A DNA stretch of 64,000 nt, taken from assembly GCF_006345805.1 (NCBI RefSeq), contig NC_043000.1, positions 125,736,001-125,800,000 on the forward strand, read 5' to 3'. The position numbers were made by a program, and so were the translations under genes. The number at the start of each line of letters is the position of its first letter. Within the stretch, counting starts at the first letter, position 1. The notes beneath the pieces are model-generated. The model saw only the letters and a list, made by a program, of their open reading frames with translations. It was not told the origin of the DNA and ran no database searches. This stretch comes from Octopus sinensis. Taxonomy: Eukaryota. This document shows positions 50,790-64,000 of this stretch, one piece after another.

Positions 50790-51717
50790 GGTGTGAGAGG
50801 ATGGTTAAGAAATAGTTAATTTAGATAAGATATAAAATAGAGATTGAGGTGGAGGAAATAAAAGAAAATAGATGTGAGATATGTAGGGATATTGCATTTG
50901 TAGATCCATTTTTTTTTAGGCAGAATGGTATACATATAAATATATATATATATATATTGAGAGAGATATGCACACACACACCAGCATTGGTAAACCTGTT
51001 TTGTCATAGGACATGTATGGGTGAGAAACAATTACATACTAGATTATCCTCAGACTCCTTGTCTGTTGCTCTCTTAAGTGATCTCTCAGACTTATTGTGC
51101 AGAACAACCATTATTCAAGGTTAGTATCAAGCTGTTATAAAGACAGAACACACTCTAAAATGATAGCATTGGCTTCCACAGAAGATAATTGTTCTCTTTA
51201 ACTGTTGTAAACTTGAATTACATTCCGTAAAATAAAATACCAGTCAAGTAATTGACCGTTCCCTTCCCCCCAAATTCCCTAATTCTTGAAGCAATTATAC
51301 TCTGAAAAATAAAGAGTATCCTGGGTATTTTATCTGTTTGTACAAAACTTGTCAAGTCCTTTCTTACCTTTGTTATTACTATGCCCTCTATTTTCTATGC
51401 ATATTTTAGATTTATACAAAATTATGTGCTGTAACTTCCTATTACCTTTCAACACATGCTGTGTTTCATTTTCTAGATTTCACTTCAAATTTCTATAAAC
51501 CTTCCTTTCTAAAAGCTACACCTGCTAATTACATTTCCTATCCAGGTACACCCAGCACCATTAAACTCCATTTATGTATGTAAATATTAATTTATTACAT
51601 AGAAAAAATTATTGGGATGGTTTATAATAATATTATGCGATGTACCTTACTCAATAGCTTTAGCCACAAAGAAAATTTAACATCTACATGAAAAATCAAA
51701 ACCAGTCATGGACTTAC

Positions 51718-51862
51718 TTTGCTGGGAGCATATCTTGATGTTGTGGCACGCTTTGAACTAAATGCTAGTCATGTTAAATTTTGGTTAACAGTCTCATCCT
51801 TTGAAAACTATGTACACTGTAATTAACTTTCTCAAGGAGAGAGTAATTCCCTCTCATGGAAG
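51718..51862 (-). other. Possible non-coding minus-strand exon (145 nt)
   Basis: Acceptor gttgcttttcattcag| at 51862 and donor AAA|GTAAGT at 51718. No independent support. Confidence 0.25.
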
Positions 51863-53588
51863 CTGAATGAAAAGCAACTACAGGAGTTCTCTTAGCATTT
51901 AACATGCAACGCACTAGTAGAAAGAAGAAGCTGATTACTTTGTCAATTGATGTTTGAAATGTGAAAGCATAAATCTGATCAGTCAGTGAATGAAATGTCA
52001 TTATCAATGTTGGTAAAGAAAGGAATATTGTCAGTGTTGAAGAAACACCCACCTCTTGGTTCTTTTTCATCTGACCAATGTTAAGGAAACAGTTGAGCAA
52101 AAGCTTAGGAATGATTCATGTGGGCATGGCCATAGAGGCTGTTGCCCTGGGCACAAAATATCCAAAGAAAAAAATATTAAATATAATAATGATATGAAAA
52201 AAATAGTGCATTTTCCCCCAATGGTTGCCTTGCTCCTAGCGCTGGCATGTCATACTGCCACTTTAAGGTATGTCTAATGTATTGGTTTCAGTTAGATTGA
52301 ATATTCTAGATGTTATCACCCCCTGTTTATTCTGGATATTCTATTGTCAACAGGTTAAATACAGCATTTTTAGTGAGAATGTGGCTGCGATGTAAAATGG
52401 AATGATTGTATAGAGACGCTTTTACTGAGCTGAAATTTTGCTAATATTGTTTAATCCCAGGTCAAGCAGGCCTATGATCAATAGCATTCTTGCCTTAACA
52501 ACTCAATTCCTCTCCTACCACTCCTGCCACATTTTAAAACTAAAATCACTAGAATATGATTTGAGAGATATTTACCTGCTACTTCTAATAGGTCATGTTG
52601 ACCACACAGAGGCTTTCACATTTGTTTGCCTTAAAAGTATTGTATATTTTTCACAAAAAAGATTTATTAGAAATAAGTAGTTTTTTTTTTCTCTTTTTTG
52701 TAGTCTTAACAGAACCTTGATGCATAAAAATTAGCTAAATTTTCAATACAAATCCTGAATTTTATGGAAACTTTAATGGAATATATTGTTTGAGTTAAAT
52801 TTAAATAAAATTGTAAATAAACTTCTCTAGGTTTCATTGTGGTTAATTTTCTGTTTTCCCTTCTTAAATTTTAACTCTGTTTTATCATTTAAGTTTAGAT
52901 GTCAGTGGGGAAGGTGAGAAGCTATTTTCCACCTAGATCAGCAATAATGAACCATGAGATTTATAAATTCAATAATATGAAAATATTAATTAATGTGCTA
53001 ATTAAGTGAGAAATGTTATCCAATGCTCCATAGTGTCCGGTTGTTACTGTTGTTTATTATTTGATTATATTAACTAGGATAGAAACTGAATTAAAATGGA
53101 ATTTTTAATTCGATATGTATTGAACTTTCTGTGCGATTGTTTCTCTTTGTTGTTGTTTTCTGTGTTTTTTTTTTTATTATTTTGGTAGTGTTTTGGATGA
53201 CTTTGATATTTTATTAATTGAATATTTGTACTGTAATATTGATTTCTATTGACTTGAAACAAAAGCTAATGTTTGTTTGTAGGTGAAATGTATAGATGGC
53301 TTAATCAACCAGCCCATCCACCCACCCTTTTCCACTTCCCTCCACGGTTTTGTATTATCTGAACTTATTTTTATTAAGTTTAGTAGGATAAAAGACAAGA
53401 CTCAAAAGCCACAACAGGATTTGATCTCACAATAGAGATGAATGAGTCTCTATGCCGTGAAGCATTTCATATGACACTCTGTCTTAACCATCTCCAACAT
53501 TTCCATTTGAAGTGTCTTATCTCTGTTTTGCTGCATCATTAATATAAAAAGAGGAAAATATTGACAGACAATTTCTTGTTACATTGGC

Positions 53589-53621
<33 letters not shown>

Positions 53622-54394
53622 GTTATTTTAATGTCTGTTTTTCCATGTTTGCATGGCTCAGAGAGAATAGATTGAAAATACATTTTCTGCATCTGGGTAC
53701 CCTTCCTGTTGCCAACCCTGACTTGTTTCCTAGCAAGGTAATATTTCCCCATTACAAGCCATTTCCATGGAAGATTGGAAACAAGGAACTCTGCTTGTAT
53801 GATTGTAATGCTCATAATGACCCTACGATGTCAAACAAAGAGACAAAAGTGCATGTGTGCACATACACACATTCACATGTGCATTGGGCTTCTTTCAGTT
53901 TCCATCCATCAAATCCATTCACAAGGGTATGGTTGGCTGTGAACTTCAGCAGAAGACACTTGCCCATGGTGTGACACAGTGACATTGAACCCAGAACCAC
54001 ATGGTTGGGAAGCTAGAACCAGATTCTATATCAATGATTGATGTTGCTAATGCCAAAGTCAGTCCTGTTAAAGCAGAATTGTGATCAAGGATGTTCCAAC
54101 TCCTGTACCTTTATTCGTTCAGGCATGGTGTACCTTGGACTACATTATATAACATACCATTTTTTCTTTTTCAAGATGATAGTATTATTTTGTTTCCGGG
54201 AAATTTGGTTGCTATTTCTAGCAGATTAAGCAACTGTTAAGAGTCTTGGTGGCAGGATACACAAGAAATTAATTAACAGTTCTGCATCTAATCACCATCT
54301 GCCCATGTTATATCTTATGCAATACATTAGGTTTTTGTCAAAGTAGTTGACTTTGTCTTAGCAGTCATGTATCTTTCTCACGAATATATATTTA

Positions 54395-54463
<69 letters not shown>

Positions 54464-56404
54464 AACACAAATAGTACTAGAATATCAACTATTATCAGCC
54501 CATCCACCCCTAACTCATGCCTGTTTAGAAATATGAATTAAAAAGAAACAGAAAAATTTGTTTTAATCAAATATTTTTCTTTTTCCCTTTAAATCAAAAT
54601 GTTTCCATTTATAAGGTTTATCTATCGTTTGTTTTGTCTTTTAATTTTTTTGTTTTTCCGGTGTTTTTGTTTTTGTTTTTTTTTGAGTTGTTTCTTTTCT
54701 TTGATGGTGGGGTTCTCAAATTCTAAGATGAAGTGGAAGTTAATGTTTCCTGCAGATTTCGGTAGAAAGAAAGGAATTCCAGGCATTAATATGCATCACC
54801 TACCTAGTTTAACCAACAATAATGTATTCTTTTGTAATTTCCCTTGTAAATTTCAGTCCTGATCTTAATTGCTGTAGTTCAATGGAAGATCACTCCAGGA
54901 TACATTAGTTCTTAAATTACAGAATCAGTTGCTTCGTCATGAAGAATACAATTTGCACAATTTCTAAAGGATCTTCACATTTTATAGCTATCTTGATGTT
55001 AAAACAGTTAGGATCTCTTCCGCTTTTATACCAATTGCTGCTAAATATTTTATATGACTTGACTCATGTAACTCAGTTTCAGCTCCACGGCCATTTAATT
55101 AAAGGCATTAATCTGAATAACTAACTGTGTATCCGACACAATAAAAACTAATATCATTAAAACAAATAAAACTTAAATGGCAAAAATTTCAAAATCTATT
55201 CAAAATTTAATTAATAATTTTTTGGGTAATTATTTAACCAAAATTGATAAACTTGATTAAGTGATGCCAACTTTTCCAAAGCTGATAGTCAATTATCGGA
55301 AGTTTCATATTTGGTAACTGCTTTTCGGTTGAATAACTTTTCAATGAAAATATAAGTGTGTTGTATGCACTGTCATTGCAGCGATTATATGTACTTAATT
55401 TGAACCGCAAGTTAGATCTCTTTACCAATCATTTAGCACCTCATAATTATTCCTAATTAATAATTATCTTTTTATTATTTTCACCTCCTTAAGAGGTTTA
55501 ACCTCAGGGATTTATACTTTATGATAGTTTGTTTTTTGATTTTTTTTTTTCTCTTTATACAACTATAATAATTTCTACCGATCAGATTGCTTTCTTGTGT
55601 TACATAACTTATGTCTTTGTTCTAAATTGACTAATAATAAAGAATTCCTCCCAGTTAAGTCTGAGTCTAGTACTGGTGAGTCCCTAACTTCTGGTGGAGT
55701 CCTAGAAGCACCATTGTGACATACAAGATATCTTGGGCATTTTAAAACCTAACACGGTCTCCAAGTCTAAACATAACCATTTCTTCCAGAGAGAAAGTGA
55801 CTAAGAGCCCTAGTAGAGGACTGATACTTTATTTATCAAGCCCACAAGGATGAAAGACGAAGTTGACTTCAGCAGGATTTGAACTCAGAGCACAGAGAGC
55901 CAGAATGAACCCAGCAGTGCCTTCTCTTTCAACACCCCAACTGGACCAGTAATTGTGATTGTTTTATTAGGTATGATTAGATTTTGGGATTCCTGGCTAT
56001 AACATTTGCAAGTTCTTGTCACATTTCTTTCTCACTTGGAAATTTTTCTAACATACTCTAAGCTGATCTTGCAAATTGAGAAAGTAAAACAGAGAAAAGA
56101 AAGAAAAGAAAAAGTACCGATGCTACTTTTTCTTCTGTCAGAATATGAAGTGAATATTTCAAGAAAGCAGCATCAATAATTGTCTTGGCATAATCATTGG
56201 AATGAATTAGTTAAGATTAAAAACAATTAAAAGAAGGGTTATGGCATTTTATCCATTAGTGTAATCACTGTTAGCTGGTTGTTATTTAAATAAAAGAAAT
56301 ATTCCTTTTTTAGGGCTAACATTATTTAAGTGATTAGTTACCCAAATAATTATTGCTTCTGGAATTTAGTTTTTTCAAGTCTAAAACCTTCAGTTCTGCC
56401 TTTC

Positions 56405-57350
56405 ATTATCATCATCATCATCGTCATCATTTAACTTCTGTTTTTCATGCTGGCATGGGCTGAACAGTTTGACAGGAAGGCCAGAAGCCACACTCGGTTC
56501 CATAGTCAGTTTTTGGCAAGGTGTCTACAGTTGGATCATCACTATCATCATCATCATTTAACATCCGCTTTCCATTCTGGTATGGGTTGAACAGTTTAAC
56601 TGAAAACTGGTAAGCCGGGGAGCTGCACCAGGTTCCAATCTTATTTGGCTTGGTTTCTATGGCTGGATGCCCTTCCTAATGCCAACCACTCCATGAGTGT
56701 AGTGGGTCTTGTTTTGTGCCACCGGCATCAGCCACGACTACAATCTCACTTGGCTTGACAGGGCCACACAAGCACGGTATACTGCCCAAGGTCTTTGTCA
56801 CCTGTTACTGCTTCCATGAGGTCCAACACTCGAATGGTGCTGTTTACATGCTACCAGCACGGGTGCCAGTCAGACAGCACTGGCTTTGGCTATGACTACA
56901 GTTTCACCTCGCTTGACAGGTATTCCTAAGGCGGTGAGCTGGCAGAAACGTTAGTATGCCGGGCAAAATGCTTAGTGGTATTTCGTCTGCCATTATGTTT
57001 TGAGTTCAAATTCTGCCAAGGTTGACTTTGCCTTTCATCCTTTCAGGGTCGATTAAATAAGTACCAGTTACGCACTGGGGTCGATGTAATCGACTTAATC
57101 CGTTTTTCTGTCCTTGTTTGTCCCCTCTGTGTGTAGCCCCTTATGGGTAGTAAAGAAATAGGTATTCCTAATGCCAAGTGCTTTACATGTAGCACTGACA
57201 CAGGTGCTTTTAACACAGCTCTGGCATGGGCACATTTTACATGACACTCGTGCAGGTGCTTTCTGGGTGACACTAGCACAGGCACACTTTATGTGGAACT
57301 GGTTTTTTTCAATGGCAGCCATGTGACACCAACACTCTGACAATAAAATT
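56405..57350 (-). mobile_element. Two adjacent (GAT)n-tailed LINE 3'-end repeats, the second interrupted by a SINE
   Basis: Same motif as 5634-5878 at about 56405 and 56540, continuing after the SINE at 57172. Confidence 0.65.
56930..57159 (+). mobile_element. SINE S1 (tail variant b) with 12-bp TSD
   Basis: TSD aggtattcctaa at 56918-56929 and 57160-57171. Confidence 0.9.
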
Positions 57351-57618
57351 AAATAAAGTTGAAATAGAAAACGCCATTTTTTTTCATAAAAGACCTCTAA
57401 ACTGATTTATACTGTTATTGTAAAAAAAATCTATCATTCGTTTTCCTTTGCAAAGAAATAAAAAAAAAAAAATCTCGTTGATAAATTTAGTTATTCTGTT
57501 TTCTCCTGTTATCACTGATAGCTTTATAAATTTTATTGATATTGATAGTGACACTATCATTTATTTATTATTTATTTTTCTCCTTAGTCCATCTGAGCAA
57601 ACCCCCACATGCATACAT

Positions 57619-57827
57619 GTTGTTCTTCAGCTCTGGCTCAGTTCTGACTGAGTAGACCTTTTGACCAAAGGCATTCCAGCCATGGCCATCTCATATTTTC
57701 TTGTGCACTAAGTATCTAGGCCTACATTCTTATCAAATATATCCTTCCATATATATAGAATATCAACGTGTGATTTAAGAGAGATTCGGCTGTTGTTTCT
57801 AGCATATCAAGCAGCTGTGCAGATTCC
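57619..57827. mobile_element. Dispersed repeat family S5 (core gatcaaaggcattccagccatg)
   Basis: Related copies at about 4365-4420, 29325-29490, 31265-31430, 45720-45925 (inverted) and 52445-52615. Confidence 0.6.
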
Positions 57828-58224
57828 ACACACACATGCACACTCACACACACACCTTATTGGCTAATATGTATCTATGTATTCATAATAGGTGTGGAAT
57901 AAGTGTTAATAGGGTTGATGACATGCATTCTTAATTTCCAGTCTGTGAAATTAATTTGTCTATTAATGAATATTCTACGCAATTGTTTGTCAGCTATCTA
58001 ATTAATTATAAGGTGAAAGAACCTTCCTTAATTCAGCATCTAATTGACCATAGTCTCACTGACATGTGGGCAGTGCTAATAATCAAATTATCCATTTGTA
58101 ACAGTGTTCCGTTGAGGCAAACTTTTACGCAGCCTAACATTAATATCTTTGATTAAAAGGTTTGAAATTCTGTTCCTGAGTTAGACAACCTCGGCTTAAT
58201 GGCTTTTCTCTTTGTTTTATTTTT

Positions 58225-58238
58225 CGTGTGTGTGTGTA

Positions 58239-58273
<35 letters not shown>

Positions 58274-58292
58274 CTAATACATACATACTTAT

Positions 58293-58334
<42 letters not shown>

Positions 58335-58353
58335 CATACATACTTATATACAT

Positions 58354-58395
<42 letters not shown>

Positions 58396-59436
58396 ATATA
58401 TATCTAATACATACATACATATCTAATACATACATGCATACATATGTATGTATGTATTTGATAGTTAGGTGTAGAGTATGATTTGAAACAGTGTTTTGTG
58501 CAAGCAGCTTAAGTAAAATTTAGAAAAACCAAAAGAAAAAAGTAATTAAATATAATTATCAGAAAATAAAGCACCACTTTTATGAGAAGTTACTCTCATT
58601 GTATCCTGTCTGTGTGAGATGATAAAAACTAAAATCTGAGCAAAATTTATTTCCTTGTTGCAGCCTTTCTCCCTTTGATTTTTTTTTTCCAGTTTTGTTT
58701 TTTTTAAATTTCCCTAATGATCCATTAATTTTCGCATCCCCCCCTCCAACACATACACACATACATGCATGCACATATGCTCTTTCTCTCACTTACACTT
58801 TCTTTTCCTCACACACATACACACGCCCATACTATCTCCCTCTCACGTACACACATTCTCACGTGCATGCTTTCCCCATGTGCATGCATACTAACGCACA
58901 CTTGTTTGCGGACACTTGCACGGGTACCCCTGTGCACTCATATTCTGGTGCTCACATACCCATGCACACATACCCCTCCCCCCACACACACATATACCCA
59001 CCCATGCACATGCATACACAGAAATGCTTGCATGTGCGTGCACACTCACATGTGCATAGACTTACACATAATTATACATATTCAGGTACACATGCATACA
59101 CATATACACACGTATGGATAATCACCCATATACACATACACACACACACACACCTAACAAGATAGTGTGTTACTGAAGAGATTTAAACACTAAATTAGAT
59201 ACAAAATGTAATTAAATGACTAATTTATCCACATCATTTGCATGGACTCTCTATATATCTGTCTGATTGTCTGTCTGTCTGTCCCACCCAGTTTCCCCCT
59301 CCCTTCTCTTCACTCCCTTGTTTCCTCATTCTCTCCTTTCCTTTCTCACTCATCTCTTCTTTCTGTCTCTCCCCATCAGTTTTCTCTTTATATTTCCTCC
59401 CTCTCCACTCCAATCCCTACCCCTCTTTCTCGTTCT

Positions 59437-59490
<54 letters not shown>

Positions 59491-59765
59491 GTCTATCTTT
59501 ATCTCTCTCTCTCTCTCTCTTTTTATATATATATATATATAGTCTCTCTATTTGTTCTTTCTCATCTCTCCACTCCCTCACTCCATATTCACTCTATCCA
59601 TTTCTTTTCATATTTTCTCTAATTATCCCTGCTATATATTATTTCTTGCATACATACATATGTGTAAATAAATAATATATATTTGTGTGTACGCCTGTGT
59701 TTGTGTGTATGCATGTATCTATGCATGTGTACGTATGTGTCTATATTTGTTTGTCTAAGTATTTA

Positions 59766-59820
<55 letters not shown>

Positions 59821-60685
59821 GTCTCTGAATATATCTATGGGTATATATATATATATATATATATATATTACATATGTATGTATAGATGTGTCTATATGTA
59901 TTTATGCATGTATACATATGTATATTTATGTATATATGTATATATATTTATGTATATATGTATATATATTTATGTATATATATATATATATTTATGTATA
60001 TGCATATATGTATGTATATATGTATATATGTATATGCATATATGTATATATATATGTATTTATGTATATGCGTATATGTATGTATATATGTATTTATGTA
60101 TGTATATATATACACACATACATACACAGACAAACACAAATATGAGATGGGTGGAATTTAAAAAAATAATAGAGAAGTGTTAACTTTTTATTTACTTATT
60201 TATTTATTTTTTCTTAAATTGTTTTAACCTAAATTCTGAGGAAATACACAAACTAAATTGTTGTGCATAGTGTTAGAATATGTAACTGAATTACAGATAT
60301 CTGCTAAGCTTTTGTTGCATTTGTTACTACTTATCTGAACTTGCTTCCATTATCACTCGCACACTTCTGCATACAGTCATACGTACGTGCATGCTTGCAT
60401 GCATGCAAATGCACTCATGCACTCTCAGACTGACAACCACATTTATCTGCACCATGCAATCATAGTTATCACACACACACATGCACACACACACATATAG
60501 TTCTTTGATATAATATATACATTTGTTTTGGTGTGTGTGTATATATGTGTGTATGTGTACGTATATGTGTGTGTACGTACGTATGTGTGTGTGAGTATCT
60601 ATATGTGTGTGTGTATGTATATATATGTGTATGAGTATATATATGTGTGTATATGTGTGTGTGTATGTATATGTATATATCTATA

Positions 60686-60760
<75 letters not shown>

Positions 60761-60820
60761 GTATGTGTATGTATATATGTGCGTGTGTGTATATATATAC
60801 GTATGTGTATGTATGTATCG
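58225..60820. repeat. About 2.6-kb block dominated by RY microsatellites and degenerate (CAYA)n
   Basis: Direct reading: 58225-58460, 58750-59160, 59436-59545, 59680-60140 and 60530-60820. Confidence 0.9.
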
Positions 60821-63800
60821 TCTTTGAAGAGATATATTACTTTCGGCTTTCTACAGACATTAATGAAGCCTTAATGACGCATTTTTAATCTGGAAGGATC
60901 TTCATCAGATTTTCTTGACTGTTTCCACTCTCTGCCAATCTATGCCACCCACAACATATAAAGTAATTGTTTAATATTGTCTTCATAATTATTGAATCAG
61001 TCCTCAGGGATGTGACCATGCAATTCTTAAATATCCTCTCTGTGAGTGGACAGTCATGACGCTACATACTCTGTTTCATTAGCATCGCATTGGACAGCAT
61101 GGAGGTTTCGGGTTATGTCAGAGCCAGGTCAGTGAAGAATCTTTCTGCTGGTCTTTAATATAATGGAATGCTTAATTACATTAAGCTGGATTTTTCAAGT
61201 GTGTCATGACGCTGAATATTAGGAGAGTAGATTAACGGTGCTGTCGCACTGGAATAAAGGTTTTTTCAATATTGTTTCTGCAAATGATGACAAAGACTCT
61301 GATGATGACAATACTGGTGATGCTGGTTTTGATTAACAGTTGTTGTTACTCTTATGATGGTGGTGGTGGTATGAGTAATTGTTGATTATTAAATAAAATA
61401 TCTATTGATATTACATTGGTAAATTTCTGGCATTCTTTTAGTCTGGCTATAGATGAGTAAAATAATGACATTTAATACCTCCCATCAATTCAATTCACTG
61501 GAAACTGTTATATTATCTGCTATCATCATCATCACCATCATCATCGCCATCATCATCATCATCGCCATAATCATCATATTCATCATTGTTAGTGTCACCG
61601 TTTTTTTCAATTTTATCTATTTATTTATTCAGGTTTGTTTTAAAAATTCTTGAGGGTTTTCGTTTTAAAGAGCTCACAGCTTCAGTCAGAGTGAATATGG
61701 TACCTTAATCAATTGTATAATGGTTCTGTTGGTGACATATTTCCTTATCAGATTAATATTGATCACATAAATCAATTAATCATCTCTGTTTTCCACTCCC
61801 CACTCCTTCTTTTTCATTTCTTTCATATTACGCGCTCTCCCTCCCTCCCTCTCTCACACTTTTCTATCACCACAACTTTTTTCTTTTTCTTATTTGTTTT
61901 TAGTCTTTTCATTTATCATTTTTTCACTCTCTTACTCTTCTTTTCTAATGTCTTCTCTCATTTTGTTATGGTTCTTTTAAATCTCTCCTTCACCATCTTT
62001 CTCCTCTCTTATAATACATATCCATCTCTCTCTCTCTTCTTTATCTCTCTATCTAACCATCTTTCTATCTCTATCTATCTCACACATAATTATTAGAAGT
62101 ATCTAGCTCAGCTATATTGATGTAGGCTTCCTTGAAAATTTTCATGGAAAGCTGTTGTAATTGTTTAATGTTATTTTCATGTAGCAGTGGCATTGTTTCT
62201 AAAAGTATACCTTGAAATGTGCAATTCACTCTGGCTTTGCATCACAGATTCTTCTTTCTAGCTTTTTCTTTACTTCCATTTTCAACAGCTTTATCTTTTC
62301 ATCATTCTTTGTGTTTGTTTCGCATTTTTCCATTTTTCTCTTTATTACATTTCATCTCTTTGTCTTTTGTCTCTTCTTTTAATGCACCAGTCTATTACGT
62401 TTGGAGATTTGTTTGTGTCACACTCGTTCTATTATTACATTAGCTGCTCTGATAGCCCCTCCACCTATGTGACTTGTTTTTTTTTTTTTGTTTTTTTGGT
62501 TTTTTTGCTTTGTTTTATTTTGTTTGTTTTTTCTGGTTTTTAGTTTTGTTTCCAGCCTGATTCCCTGTGTTTGTTTCTCTGTCTTTATGAAATAAATGAG
62601 ATTTCACATTATTTTTGTGTTCATTAAACTGATATAGGAATGCTCAGCGGTGAACTAACTGTGTTTAACACAGAAATACTTTTAATAGAAACAGCCATGG
62701 CTGCTGTAACTGTTGTAGGAAACAAGAGCCATTAGTTTGTGTAATTCAACATAATTCAACTAGGTTATGGCTATCCTAGGTCCTCCACCAACATTAGTCA
62801 AAGACTTGATTTGAAAGGACAGCACCATTCTCAAATGTGTTGCCTTCCAATTTCAGTGACCCCCACCAGACCTTAGATGCTATGATACATCCTTTGTCAT
62901 AAACTACATTATCGAAAACAAAGTGAATTATAACTAGATCCTCTGTTCTTGAAATCTAAACACTGCTATAATTGAATACAGCCTGCTGATCTATATTGTC
63001 ATATCTGTGATATCATTAAGTAGATTACTCTGTTTAACAATTCTAAATTCATTATTCACAATATTGGAATATAGAATTGTTCACTTCCATAAATACAGTC
63101 TGAATATTGAGTGAGGTTTTGTTGGGTTTTTGTTGTTTCTTTTCTAATACCTCTGCACTCTATCTGCTGCATCCCTTTTATATATTAACTTTAATTAATT
63201 ATATTACTGTTATCTCTTTAAATATGTAATAACTGTATTGTGGTTTTGATAAGCTAGTTTTGATAAGCTACACTCATTTACACACATAACTCTGCTTGGA
63301 GCTAAGTACTCTAATAGAGAACAAAGCAATTTGCTCTAAAGGGAACTTCTGATAAACGAACGCAACTGCCTCACGGATGAACCATATCTTCCCCCGTATC
63401 AACATGAAATATCAGATTATGTGGTGTCAAGGTATAATAGCATGTTAATTAGAGATTAACCTAATATAAAATTACTCATCATCGGCATCGGTAATATCAT
63501 CATCATTTTCACATGCAATGCAGAGGAGTATTTCCATGTAACTTAATTCTGCATAATTTTAACGATGAGTGAGGCTCAATATTCTTAAGTTCCTCTTATG
63601 TACTTCCTGCCAATTTTTCTTCGTTTTATCTGTACTTCATGAACCTTCAACCAAAGTAATGCATATCATAGCAAATATTAGTCAAATTTAATTCATTAGG
63701 ATTCTGTTTTACTCTCAAAATCAATAAAATTTTTGTATTAGAAAAAGTAGATATTATTTCTAGTTCGGAAAATATTTGCCAATATTTTTTTTTTCCCCCT

Positions 63801-64000
63801 AAATTTTCATTATAAATTATTGATTTTCATATGTATCCTTATCATAAGTTCATTAATTTTAATTATATTATTGTATTTTTTTTTAATGACCTTGTAACCT
63901 GACATTTGTTAATCTCTTGTTTTGTGACTGCATTATTATCACTGTAAAATTCACTACAGCAACACTTAAATCATGTTGCCCTGAAGGTTATTTTCATTGT

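Noticed and set aside
60825-60910. ctgatga and a ggctt/aagcc-gaaa hairpin on the minus strand
   Set aside because: The core and the GAAA-adjacent stem are not juxtaposed; no stem III or NUH site.

Overview
Eukaryotic, AT-rich, microsatellite- and retroposon-dense genomic DNA. The repeat landscape (tRNA-derived SINEs with (AAT)n tails, long (TA/TG)n tracts, CR1-type and RTE-type LINE debris) points to an Octopus-like cephalopod; this is inference from recognition, not a database match. The only recognisable conserved coding piece is one 135-bp plus-strand exon (7046-7180) of a kinesin-3 KIF13/Khc-73 motor domain. I could not find the flanking motor exons, so positions 7181-64000 appear to be one intron of more than 56 kb. 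On the opposite strand of that intron lies an uninterrupted 725-aa ORF (21877-24054) encoding an apparently orphan type I membrane, mucin-like protein. It has a signal peptide, an S/T/P-rich ectodomain, a Cys cluster, a GxxxG transmembrane helix and an acidic tail, with probable 5' UTR exons about 18 kb upstream (42392-42492 and about 42655-43010). Between them is a near-perfect 1.94-kb tandem duplication bounded by (CT)n tracts. Each copy carries two minus-strand minimal type I hammerhead ribozyme motifs: one with a canonical CUGAAGA core and palindromic stem III, and one with a G3-C8 swapped core. A third, degenerate hammerhead type lies at 50742-50789. Other items: candidate recursive AG|GT splice sites in the giant intron, a piggyBac-type MITE, a Helentron/HINE-like element, SINEs with clear TSDs and a 17-bp minisatellite. 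Most ORFs in the supplied track are microsatellite artefacts. There are no rRNA, true tRNA or CRISPR features.
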